Below, in pieces: positions 51,440-64,000 of a stretch of DNA of 64,000 nt. The notes beneath the pieces are model-generated. The model saw nothing but the letters and a program-made list of their open reading frames with translations, had not been told where the DNA came from and did no database searches. Made by a program: the position numbers and the translations under genes. This stretch comes from Camelus ferus (taxonomy: Eukaryota): the NCBI RefSeq assembly GCF_009834535.1, contig NC_045697.1, positions 111,540,001-111,604,000 on the forward strand. The letters run 5' to 3'. Every line of letters begins with the position of its first letter. Positions within the stretch are counted from its first letter, which is position 1.

Positions 51440-54400
51440 GGGTCATCCACGTTGCTGCGAATGGCATTATTTCATTCTTTTTTATGGCTGAGCAGTATTC
51501 CATTGTATATACATATCACACCTTCTTTATTAATTCATCTGTTGATGGACATTTAGGTTGCTTCTACGTCTTGGCTATTGTAAATAGTGCTGTATGATCT
51601 TGGGGTGCATATACCTTTTTGAATTAGTTTTCTCCAGATATATGCCCAGGAGTGGGACTGCTGGATCATATGATAAATCTATTTTTAGTTTTTTAAGGAA
51701 CCTCCATACTGTTTTCTACAGATGCTTCACCAATTTACATTCCCACCAACAGTGTAGGAGGGTTCCCTCTTCTCCATACCCTCTTCACTCTTTGTTATTT
51801 GTAGACTTTTGAATGATGGCCATTTCTGACTGGTGTGAGGTGATACCTTACTGCAGTTTTGATTTGCATTTCTCTAATAATTAGTGATATTGAGCATCTT
51901 TTCTTGTGCCTGTTGGCCACCTGTATGGCTCCTTTGAAAAAATGTCTATTTAGGTCTTCTGCCCATTTTTTGATTGGGTTGTTTGTGATTTTTGTTTGTT
52001 TGTTTGTTTGTTTGATTAAGCTGTATGAGTTGTTTGTATATTTTGGAAATTAATCCCTTGTCAGTTGTTTGCTAATATGTTCTCCCATTCCATAGGTGGT
52101 CTTTTCACTTTATGGTTTCCTTTGCTTTTTAGAAGCTTTTAAGTTTAATTATGTCCCATTTGTTCTTTTTTTTTTTTTAAATGGAACTTTTATTTCATTG
52201 GACATTGATATTTGGAAGTTTCTCTGGATCTAATGATGCTCTAACTAGTACAAATTAAAAAAATTTTTTTTTTCAGTGGAGGTACTGGGGATTGAACACA
52301 GGACTTTGTGCGTGCCAAGCGTGCGCTCTACCACTCGAGCTATACCCTCCCCACTCACCCCAATTTGCTCATTTTTGCTTTTATTTCCATTACTCTAGTA
52401 GATGGATCAAAAAAAAAATATTGCTGTGATTTATATCAAAGAGTGTTCTGCCTATATTTTCCTCTAGGAGTTTTATAGTATCCAGCCTTACATTTAGGTC
52501 TTTAATTCATTTTGAGTTTATTTTTGTATATGGTGTTAGAGAATGTTCTAATTTCATTCTTTTACATGTAGCTGTCCAGTTTTCCCAGCACCACTTACTG
52601 AAGAGACTGTCTTTTTGCCATTATATATTCTTGTCTCCTTTGTTGTAGATTAATTGAGCATAAGGTTTATTTCTGGGCTTTCTGTCCTGGTCACAGATTT
52701 ATGTGTCTGTTTTTGTGCCAGTACTATACTGTTTTGATTACTGTAGCTTTGTAGTATAGTCTCAAGTCTGGGAGTGTGAGTCCTTCAGCTCTGTTCTTCT
52801 TTCTCAGGATTAAAACATTCTGGCTCCTTTGTGTTTGTATACAAATATTAAAATTTTGTGTTCCAGTTCTTCGAAAAATGCCATTGGTAATTTGATAGGG
52901 GTTGCACTGACTCTGTAAATTGTCTTGGGTGTATGGTCATTGTAACAGTACTGATTCTTCCAACACAGTAGGTATATCTTTCCATCTGTTTGTGTTGTCT
53001 TCAGTTTCTTCCTTTAGTGTCTTTTCCCAGTACAGGTCTTTAGCCTCCCATGTTAGGTTTATTCCTAGGTATTTTATTCTTTTTGATGTGATGGTAAATG
53101 GGACTGTTTCCTTTGTTTCTTTTTTTGGTATTTCATTGCTAGTATGTAGAAATACAACAGATTTCCGTATATTGATTTTTGTATCCTGCAATTTTACTGA
53201 ATTCACTGATGTGCTCTAGTAGTTTTCTCTAGTGTCTTTAGTATAACAAATCTTTCCAATTCCTGCTTTCATTTTCCCAGAAGTAGAATTGCTGGATCAT
53301 ATGGTAGTTCTATTTTTAATTTTTATATAAACTTCTATACTATTTGCCATACTGGCTGTACCAGGTTACAATCCCATTAACAGTGCACAAGGGTTCCCTT
53401 TTCTTTACCTTCTCACCAATTCTTGTTATTTGTTGTCTTCTTGAAAATAGCTATTCAAGAAGTATCTCATAGTGGTTTTGATTTGCATTTCCGTGATGAC
53501 TAGTGATGCTATCTTTTCATGTGTCTGTTGGCTATTTGTATGCCTTCTTTGGAAAAATCTCTGTACAAGTTTTCTGCCCATATTTTAATGGTTTTTCTTT
53601 TTGATATTGAGTTGTATGAGTTCTTTGTATATTTTGCATATTTTGGATATTATCCTTTATTGGCTATTTCACTAGCAAAAAATCTTCTAAAATTTGGTAA
53701 GCTGTCTCTGTTGATAGTTTCTTTCTCTATGCAAAATCTTTTTAGTTTGATGTAATCCCATTTGTTAATTTTTGCTTTTGTTGCCTCAGGTGAAAGAGGC
53801 AAAAAGTATTGCTAAGACCGATGTCAAAGAATATGTTGCCTATATTTTCTTCTAGGAGTTTTATGGTTTCAGGTCTTACATTTAAGTCTTTAATCCATTT
53901 TGAGTTTATTTTTCTGTGTGGTGTTTGAAAGTAGTCCAATTTGATTCGTTTGCTTGTAACTGTCCACTTTTCCCAGCATCGTTTATTGAAGAGACAGTCT
54001 ATTCCCCTTGTATAGTCTTGCCTCCTTTGCTGGAGATTAACTGCCCATATAAGTTTGGATTTATTTCTGGGCTGTCTATTTTGTTACACTGATCTCTCTG
54101 TTTTTGTGTCAGTACTGTACTATTTTGATTACTGTACTTTCTAGTATAATTTGAAACCAGGGGGCACGAGTCCCCCAGATTTCTCCCCTTTCTCAAGATT
54201 GCCTTGGCTCTTCGGGGTTTTTTGTGTTTCCATACAAATTTTAGAATTATTCTAGTTCTGTGAAAAATATCACAGGTATTTTTATAAGGACTGCATTGAA
54301 TCTGTAGATTGTGCCTTAGGGTTAATGGTCATTTTAACAGTATTCAATCCATGAGGGCAATGTATTTTTCCATTTGTTTCTGTCATATTTAATTTCTTTC

Positions 54401-55380
54401 ATCAGTGTCTTACAGAGTACAGGTCTTTTACCTCTTTGGTTAGATTTATTCCTAGATATTTTACCCTTTTGATGAAAGTGTAAATGGATGGACCTAGAGA
54501 TTATCATGCTAAGTGAAATAAGTCACACAGAGAAAGACAAATATATGATATCACTATGTGTGGAATCTAAAAAAAGGATACAAACGAACATTTACAAACC
54601 AAAAATAGACTCACAGACATAGAAAATAGACTAATGGTTACTAAACGAAAAGAGGAGGAGGGATAAATTAGGAGTTTGGGATTAACATATACACACTACT
54701 ACATATAAAATATATAAACAACAAAGACCTACTGTATAGCACAGGGAACTTTATTTAGCATCTTGTAATAACCTATAATGGAAAAGAATCTGAAAAATAT
54801 ATATATACTTATATAGATATGTATAACTGAATCATTACTGCGCATCTGAAACTAACACATTGTAAATCAACTATATTTCAATAAAAAAGAAAAAAGATGT
54901 TTTTATAAATATATATAAAAGGACTATTACTATGCATAAAAAAGAATGAAATCTTGTCATGTGCAACAACATGGATGGATCTAGAGGGAATCACGCTAAG
55001 TGAAATAAGTCAGAGAATACAAATATCACATAATCTCATGCGTGAAATCCAAAAAATAAAGAAAACAAAATGAAAACAGACTCAACAGATACAGAGAACA
55101 AACAGGTGGTTGACAGAGAGGAGTATAGCTGAGGGTGGATGAATGAGTTAAATAATTAAGCGGTACAAACCTCCAGCTATAAAATAAAGAAGCCGTGGGG
55201 ATGTAATACTTAGTATGAGGAATGTGGTCAGTAATACTAGAGTAACCTTGTACGGGATCAGGTGGTTAATGGACTTATCATGGTGGTTATTTCATGAAGT
55301 ATGCAAATATCAAATCATTATACAGTGCTCCTGAAACATAATACTGTACATCAATTATATTTCAATAAAAAAGGGAAAAA
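51440..55380. mobile_element. Cluster of L1 fragments: two minus-strand ORF2 pieces (~51440-53240, ~53270-54484) followed by two plus-strand 3' ends (~54485-54895, ~54920-55380)
   Basis: ORF2 peptides (KLQDTKINIRKSVVFL...[36 protein letters not shown]) and two L1 3'UTRs with A tails. Confidence 0.85.
52264..52352 (-). mobile_element. Vic-1-like SINE (short form) nested in L1
   Basis: Reverse-complement SINE head with T10 tail. Confidence 0.88.
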
Positions 55381-55892
55381 TGAATTTAAAGACATTCAGT
55401 GTGACAGGTCAAAGTAATTTTTTTCCAGAAATATTAAAATCAGTCTATGTATTTTTATAGTTGGCTAAGTATCTACCCTATTTTCTTATATTTCTGAATC
55501 AGAACATCTCTCTGTTCACTATAAACACTGGATGAGGTAAATGTAAAAATAATTTGAAAAAATGTAAAATAGTAAAAGCAATTTTCTTTCGCCAAAATAA
55601 GAAACTGCCAAAAGCTATTATAAAATGGCAAGAAGGTAAATTTAGCCAATATATGTAAATATAAATATAAAGGGGGGAAACTGAGCATAAAATTGTATTT
55701 GTAAGTAATGGACACATACATACAACATGATTACAACGAAAACAAAGATGAGTAATCTGAAACAAAGCAAGAGCATTTTCTTCTATTACAATGCTTAATT
55801 TCATAAAAGTAAAATATCAGTAAGAAAATGTGGAAAGAAAAGCCCAGATCTACATACATTTTGAAAACATCCATAACGAAAACATTTCATAC

Positions 55893-55999
55893 CTGTAAAC
55901 ATGGCGTGAAAGTAAGGACTACAGGCGGCCAGCACCACTCTGTGAGCAGAGATTTCCATGTCTTCAGCCACAATCGTGACATCACACAACAAATTCTGA
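55893..55999 (-). CDS. KLHL2: KLHL2 coding exon (107 bp; probably exon 3), N-terminal part of the BTB domain
   Basis: Translates (S)[35 protein letters not shown](G). Acceptor ttttgtaacag|T, donor ACAG|gtatga. Sequence matches KLHL2 rather than paralog KLHL3 as I recall them. Confidence 0.96.
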
Positions 56000-58900
56000 C
56001 TGTTACAAAAGAGAGAGAGGAAAAGTTTTAATGATAACAATAGTAACTGTATAACATCCTACATAACAATTTTTCTGTAAAAGCCCAATTTTCTGAAGTT
56101 GAGACTAACTTTAAAAAACTGCCATCCTTAAGAACAGGATTCCCAAACATGCAGCACACAGAAGACTGCTGTGACACAGACCCACATGCCTTGGCCCTCA
56201 CTCAGTCTTGCCTTTGTTTAACAGAGAAATTTTTCCCAACTTGATTTCTGATTCCTCAACCTAATGAAAATTACTGGCAGCGAACCATCAGTGGAGTGTA
56301 AAAGGGAAGGTTGTTTGCATTAAAAACATTAGCAGAAGTGGCAGATGGCAGTGTGACACTAAGACGAAGACAAGATAAATCATATAGAAAATAAATTCTG
56401 TCTAAGTATCAAAAATATGCACGTATGTAAAATGACCTGGGTCATGAAGCAAAGGTAAAATTACATTCACCTGCTGCTTAAAAGGCATTTGAGCATTTGA
56501 AGTTTAACTTAATCAGAAGGTTTTCCCAGTGCAAAATATCACTCAGAACCAGAAAATATTACCATATATAATATTAAAAAGCATTTTGTTACCTTAAAAC
56601 AATTACTCAGCAAACATAATCACACCTCTAGTTCTAAAATGTCCATTTTAATTCATTGAAAGACATGCAGTGAACACCTTTCCCATGTTACAGAGGTCAG
56701 ATGAGACTTTCCAGCTAAATAAGAATGTCAGAGTATCCTTTTGGCTTTTGAGAAAAGGTTGCTGAGGTTAATTCCAGAACGAGGAAGAGGGCTCCACTTT
56801 AACACCAACCTTACTGGTAATCATGTCATTAATGACTGAAAAAGATGTGATGAACCCAAAGTCCTTTCCGCACCTCAAATATCTGCACACTGAATTTAAG
56901 TGTATAGTGTCACAGGTCACGCAGTACTCCTCCTCCACTATTCTGCCTTATTCCCACGAGGGTGGCTGCAGGCTTCTGTAATTTCTAGTAGCTTATAAGC
57001 AACATTTTCACCGGGGCTTAACCCAGTTCTTGAGTGTTCCACTTTCCCACGATGCTTACAGACTTGTTCCTGCAGAGCTCACACAAAACTCCTGGAGATT
57101 CTATCAGCACACACCTTCCCTTCAGTCTAGGAGAAGCTGTAAGAAAAGGGGCCAGCGCAGCCCTGGTGAGGCGTGCATCCCGGGGCCCCGCTGGGTGATG
57201 CGCACGCTGTGCCCTGTAGGCTGAAGCATAGGTCACGGTGCTGTGGGAGACATCAGGCACGTCGCGTGTTAGACTCCTAACAGGTGGCACGCCACTCAGC
57301 TGTCATTCCTCCAGACCGGTGCGGAAAACTGGCAAAGTCCACCGTGTGCTCTGAGCATCTAAAACCGCTCTGCAATTCAATGGATTCCACAGGTTCACAA
57401 GTAACCAGGGGGCAGGTGGTGGTGTTTTCAGGAAGATGTTATGCAGGAGCGCTCCCTGGTGTCTTATTCCACCTAGACCCTACCATAACCTTAGGAGGTA
57501 CATGTTTTTGTGATTTTTACCCTTAAAACTTAGAGCTGGCGAAACTAAAGTAAAGATGAATGAGCAGGCTGAAGTCACCACTAGTGGCAATGCCAGGATT
57601 CAAATCCCTGGAGTCTGGCTCCAGGGCCTCTTACACTACACAAACCACCTAAAGCTGCATGGTTTTAAGGCTTTGTTAAAGCTTAAATAAAACAGGGAAT
57701 AGAAAGTATAAATTATAAACCACATCAACTTATTATCTGACATGCTGTATACTAGAAATTCTATTTTTAAGTTCTATATATAGCTTATAAAAGGCCCAGT
57801 GTTAGTGGGTTTTTAGAACTACCTCTACAAGGATAGCTAGAAAAATCAAATTCAACAAAGCACTGCAAGATCACCTGTGCCCTTAAGGAGACTAGCACAA
57901 AGGACTGACAATGCAGAGATTACAGGACAAAGTGGAAAGCACCAGAGTGAAGATGCCAGGGGGGACAGGGGACACCTGAGGCAGACTGGGGGTCAGAAAG
58001 GGCTTCCTGCAGCTAGTGACCTGACCCAGCCACTGAGTTCTAAACACAAGTAAGCGTTAGCTGGATGGAGAAGGAGCAAGAGAACCCACAGAGAGAACAG
58101 CACGTGGGGCTGGGCAGAGACCTGACGCAGCAGACACAACGGGGAGGGTGGAGCACGAAGCGTGCGGGAGAAGGAGAGCGGGGCGCTCGGGGTCAGCAGG
58201 GCCAGCCAGGCTGCCCATGGTGACCAGGGCGTCTGGACACAACTCAGACATAAGCCGAGCGCATCTTTACATTTGTTCTCCTTTTGTCAGTGAACCCTTC
58301 CTAGTGCTCTAGTTTCCAGATGGAACTTATGTGGAATTTATACTTGAACAGCTCAAAAATCACATAATTAATTACATTCAGCTTCAATTACAATTACTCA
58401 TTGATCCAAACCTCCTAGCAGAACACCTGCTGGCTGTCACAGAATTCTTTTGGCCTTACTGGTTTATTAACCGATGTTAGTTACGAAGAAAGTAAAAACA
58501 CTGCCAAACCAGTACACAGCCACGCCCTAGGTTAAGTCACATGGAGTCTGAGGCCACGCTACAGAACAAGGATATACTGAGTATTAGTGCCCAATTTTTT
58601 TTCTTTTTCTCTCCAGCAATAACATATTTTAAAACAGCACTCACAGACAGGAGAGATCTGATCAACCTTCTTATCTTTCAGCCAGTGTGTGTTTGCCGAG
58701 TTTGGCCCTTACCTCTCCCTTCCAAGTGTACATGCTTATAAGAATTTGAGAGACTCTGGGTAAGGAGAAGAGGGCTACAAATAAAATCCGGTGATAAAAA
58801 TAACAGAAATTTGTTTTAGTAGCCCATACCCAAAGTCTGCATGGTGAGTTTATGTTCCTATTATGTGAAATCTAACGATGGAATTACTGTAGAAGGAAAA

Positions 58901-59423
58901 GGTTTTCAGAGTAATAAAACAAAGTGGGTGTTTAGCAAAATCTGCATTTATTCACTCATTCATCAAATATTTAACTGTTTATAAAGTCCTGGGCACCAAG
59001 GACTATGTCAGCTGACCACAACAAACAAGGTAACAGCAAGGAGTGTATGGTGGAGCTGGGGAGACAAGCTGACAAGTAATTACAAAATGAAAAGATAACT
59101 ATCAGGGCAAGGGTGCGGTGTCTGGGTACACGGAAGACAGGCCAAACCCAGACATATAGGAAAGCTTTGGAAAGGAAACTGCTTCTAAGCTCAAGTCTGG
59201 GAAAAAAAAAAAACCAGGAGTTACACAGGCCTTACGTAAAACTCAAACGGCTCAGAAAAAAGGTAAGCACTCAGCTCCTAAATGAAACATGAAAATTGGT
59301 CTTTCTCAGGGCAAAAACTGCCTTGAAAATGAATCAGCCTAAACATACCAAGACAGCTTTTGGTTTTCTGATATCAAATGAATGAATTCCTAAGACTAGA
59401 ACACCCTATCACTGCTGTATGTA

Positions 59424-60234
59424 TAGTAGCCTCCCTTATCCACGGGGGACATACTCCAAGATCTCCAGTGGATCCCTGAGAGTGCAGATGATTCCAAATC
59501 CTATATAAACCATGTTTTTTCCTATACGCAGATACACATAATAAAGATTAATTTACACATTAAGCACAGTAAGAGATTAACAACAGTAACTAATAATAAA
59601 ACATAACAATTATAACTATTCTGTAATAAGTTATGTAAATATGGTCTCTCTCAAAATAACTTACTGTATAATGCTTTTTCCATCTTAACTAAGCAATTAT
59701 CATGCTCTGTGGCTGTAACTTCTGCAGTTTGAGGTGTGACATCAACACTAGCACGAAATTTCGTTTCCTTTCTTCACAATTTCACAGATAGAAGATTTGT
59801 TCTTACTGTAGATCTTAGCAACCTCAGCATATGATTTTTTTTCTTATTAAGTTGGGAACATTCACACTTTTTACTTAAAGGAAGCACGTTGCAGCTTCTC
59901 TCTGGCATATCTTAATTGCCAGCATCACTTTTCTTGCACTTTGGGGCCATTATGAAGTCAAATAAGGGTTGCTTGAATACAAGCACTATGATACTGCAAC
60001 AGTCGACCCGATGACTGAGGGGGCTACCGAGTGACTGTCACTGGGACCCACTGGACAAGAAAGGATGATTCACATCTCGAGCAAGACGGAGCAGGACAGT
60101 GAGATTTCATCATTACTCAGAATGGTGCTCAATTTAAAATTTATGAATTGTTTATTTCTGGAATTTTTCCACTTAGTATTTTCAGACTATGGTCGACCAC
60201 AGTAACTGAAACCTTGGATGAGGGGGTGCTACTT
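59424..60234 (+). mobile_element. MER44/Tigger7-family DNA transposon
   Basis: AGTAGCCTCCCTTATCCACGGGGGACATACTCCAAGA start, GGATGAGGGGGTGCTACT end (TIR), TA flanks. Confidence 0.88.
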
Positions 60235-63200
60235 TATTACATCTTCTTAGAGTAAAATGTACCATCAGGCTCTGAGATATCAAAATTAGTTGGTAGTTTC
60301 ATGAAACAAGACTTTGCTACTGGAAGTTGGGGGGGGGGGTGGCAAGGTTACATGGCATCTGTCCCCTTTCTTCCCGAGGTGCCAGGCCGAGTGAGACAAG
60401 CTTTCACCAGAGTCCCCAGGGCAAACACAAGCCACAGCCAAGGAATGTGCTCAAAGGCATATTGGGAAAAGCATCAGGGATTAGGACACAGGAACAAGAG
60501 CAAGACATCAAAAGAAGTTAGGCAAGAGGTCAGAAGCCCAGAAGTTAAAACCTGGTGAGGACACAGGGGGAGCCAGGCTGCTCAGCTGCATCATTGGGCG
60601 CTGGCTGCTCAGCATGAAGAGAGGTGGGGCAGGGACAATTGTCTTAACTGTGAAAGGCTTCCTGATTGCTGACTTAAATCCATCATTTAACCAAACTTCC
60701 TATAACTGATAATGTCCTTTAACAGACAAGGAAGATACAACCCAGCTAAAATGTCAATCATCTTGAAGAGCAACATATAACATGGGTCACCACCACCTTT
60801 CTTCTTTTTCTTCTTAAAACGGTGATGGTTTGAACTTCTGTGGCAGTTAGGCACAGGAAAGCTTAGCTGTTGGGCTTAAGATCCACCACCACAGTAAGAG
60901 TCCTGAAGCACAGCACAGCCCCTTCAACAGAGCTGCAGCTGCTGAGACTTTCCAACAGGAAGCAGGAAAGGGTGACAGTCAACTTGGAACCTGGAGGCTC
61001 AGAGGAATACCTAATACAGTCAGTGATTTAGAAACTGCCTTAAACTAGAAAAGAGTCCCAGAATATAGAGAATTCATCATCCTTTTCAGATAGAAGCAAG
61101 AGAGCAGAATGACAGTGAAAAGTGACAGAACAGCCACAAGAAGATGTGGGTGGAGGCCCATTAGTGAGTATTTGTCAAGAAGGGAAGGTGACGACAACTC
61201 CAGATTTGAGGACTTGTAAGGACACTTGGTCACAGTTGAGAGGAGATGAAAAGAATAATTAGAAATAAAGCGAAAGAAGAGATCAGCGACAGGGAACAGA
61301 TGTGGGGAGAGTGAGTGGAGAGATGAGGAAGTAAAGGGATGTCCGAGGGGGACAGTAAGGCAGAAGTGAGTTTCTGAACATGCGTGAGAAAAGCTTGACT
61401 ACACGTAAAAAATGCAGAATATGCATAAAGAAAACTTTCTCATTAAAGGTTTTTCTTTTTTAAACTTGGTGAAATAAAATGAGGCAGATACTCCTAGTTA
61501 CAATAATTGGAAAAAAAAAAAAACAAACCCAGGTAAGATCTTCCATTTCTGACTCAAGAGGGGATGCTGAAGCCAAACCCTGAAGTGGCTCGGCGTCCCC
61601 CACGTGGTGGGCACTTAGCAATGCAGGGCAACAGAAGACACTGAAGCAAGCTCGTTCCCTACCATCCACTCTTCACATCCTTGAGATGTTTAATGATTCT
61701 ATCCGAGCTCAATAAACACCCCTTGATAAGAAATCTATCACAAGTGCTTAAGATACACTATAGAATATTACCAGTTAAATTTAGACTGTGAGCTTCAAAA
61801 TTTTGTCTCTTAAACTTTCTTAAATAAACACATTTGCTTGATTTGGGAGCTATTCCCCACTGTTCTGTCCTTTAAGGAATGCTTTATATTCTACTTTAGT
61901 ACAACATGAAAACTAAAGAAACTGACAATGCTTTGCCATAGGAAAAAACATTTATTTTTATGTATCTATGTTTTTATATTTATATACATACATACACACA
62001 CACATATATGTGATAAAAAAAATTCACACCTTATGTAATTTCCTAAATCTCTTTCAAAAACAGCAATATAAAGCTATGAAGGGACAGGTAGTCTCACTTC
62101 AGTTTGTTGTTTAATGCACTTGCCATCAAAGCAACAAAGCACAAGTAACCAGAGTCACAACTCAAAAGGTTTCATGGATGCTCAACAGGTATAATCCTGG
62201 TAGTGGCATGGACCCACAATGTCTGAAAGCCCTGAGGGGCAAAATACAATAAGCACTCCCTTAAGGAGCTTCAGGCTCTTTTGTTTAAATTACCTTCTGG
62301 AGTGTAAGAACTGCTGTTATAACTAACAACTAAATATTTATGGCTTCCATGTGATATATAGGCAAACATTCAAATTGCTTCATGTGATTTATGCTTCCTA
62401 AAAACTTTCAAATCCTAAATGTAACTTAATGATCAAAATTACCTTCCTTCCAGATAAATAATAGCTTGGCCCCCACTAATACTCATGAAATTTGTAAAAC
62501 TCAAGTCCAGTCTTACCCCATATTCTCGTCACTTGGGTTTTTTTTTTAATTTATTTTAAAGTCAAATTGTGAAATTAGACAGCTCCTTTTCTGATCATCT
62601 CAAAAAGCTCACAGTGTAACGTCCTCAATCAAACATGTGTTCAGGGTACAACTTGCCACTCTCTCTGCCCCACAGGCCCAATACAGAGTGCTGCGTGTAA
62701 CAAGCACTCTAGAAAGGACTATCGTTTTGATTCTGAAAATGTCAGTGCCCTGCTAAGCCACGCCTGAGAAGTGTACAGAACTTAATCCCCGTCAGAGATG
62801 TGTACTAGACTCGCCTTTCACTATACCGCCTGTCTGTTTCTCCGACATCATTAGTCATAAAATGTTATGCTTGTTCTCAAAAGTCCCCACTGATTCCCAA
62901 TGCCCATGGAATGAAACCCCAATGCAGCATGCTGTGTAAACCTGCCTCATCCTGACTTTTTCTACACAGGCCTCCCAGCATGAACTCTTGGTCCACATTG
63001 CAGAGGACGTCTACCCCGTTCCTCGCTCGTGCAACTGTCCAGGCCAGGAACCACCTTCCCTCTCCAGTCCTTTTATGAATCCTACTGTACCACTCAGGCC
63101 CCCCTAAAACTATCTCTGTGAGTTACTCTTGTGAGAATCTTTCTCAGCACCTACATTTTGCACACAGTCTTCCACCAACTCCTCCTCTTCTCTGTCCATC

Positions 63201-64000
63201 TCCTGCACAATCAGGTCACTTGGAGGGTGGGAGCCCAGTCAGACACTGCCTCTGGCTCCCACACAGCCTTCCTGGCATGCTTGCTGATTTCAAAGGAGAA
63301 CCAGGTACTACAAATACTTGATGAATACATTGTTTGTGAGTGACTGCAGGGTTTTTAAACGAGATATTTCAAGTTATTCAAGCTCATACTAGGCTGGGAT
63401 ATACAGCTATTATCTGGGCCTCCTTTTCAAAAGAAACAAAAAACTAGTTTAAAGAAAGAAAATGCCACACTCCTTTTCCATGAACTATATTAATTTGGTA
63501 ACTTAAGCCTTACAAAATTCCTGCCCTCCTGTTCTTACAACCACACCTTACACTACCTATAGTTGGAAGAAAAGTCATTTTTACTCCTAAAATTTCACTT
63601 TCATCAGCTAAAGGTTCATAAAAGCAATCTCTAGTGTATGGCTGTTATTCCACCAATGAGAGGTGACAGCCCAAGAGCAGAATGGAGAGAACAAGGAAGT
63701 TCTCCCTTCCCAGAAGGCAGGAAACCACTCTCAGCTACCCATTTCTGGCAGCAGGAAGTTGCCTCAAGGACAGGAAATAATAAAGGATTTTCAGCTGTAC
63801 AAGAAGGCCTCTTCAGAGGGTTTGGTTTTTTTTTTTAAGAAATACTCAAATTGGCAATAAGGGGTAAAAGGAAATGGAATGACATTAAAAACCAAAAAAA
63901 AAAAAAAAAAAAGCTCTGATGATCCCCAAAGAGAGCTCATCTTTTACAACACTAGCAGTCGGTGACTCCATGAAAACAATTCTCGTTGAGCACCTAGCAG

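Noticed and set aside
1..64000. Prokaryotic-type systems (CRISPR arrays, operons, defence islands)
   Set aside because: The sequence is mammalian intron DNA with no regularly spaced repeat-spacer arrays or dense long ORFs.

Overview
Mammalian genomic DNA, almost certainly camelid (Tylopoda), judged from seven copies of a tRNA-Ala-derived SINE resembling Vic-1. The whole window lies inside the KLHL2 (kelch-like 2/Mayven) gene on the minus strand. Three coding exons (107, 122 and 163 bp) encode the BTB domain and the start of the BACK domain and splice in frame, and the third uses a non-canonical GC donor. The rest is intron rich in L1, ERV LTR, Tigger/hAT, MIR and SINE relics. Almost all ORFs in the supplied track are spurious or L1 fragments. 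The most unusual structures are retrotransposition products: (i) a TSD-flanked 2.8 kb L1 derivative with a CpG-rich 5'UTR, ORF1 and 3' end but ORF2 excised at an AG-compatible junction (half-L1 or spliced-L1-like); (ii) a second TSD-flanked L1 with 5'UTR and ORF1 but an inverted, scrambled ORF2; (iii) a TSD-flanked 760 bp polyadenylated copy of foreign genomic sequence carrying an intron/exon boundary; (iv) a SINE with an apparent 3'-transduced tail. Repeat family names come from recognition by eye, and repeat boundaries without TSDs are approximate.
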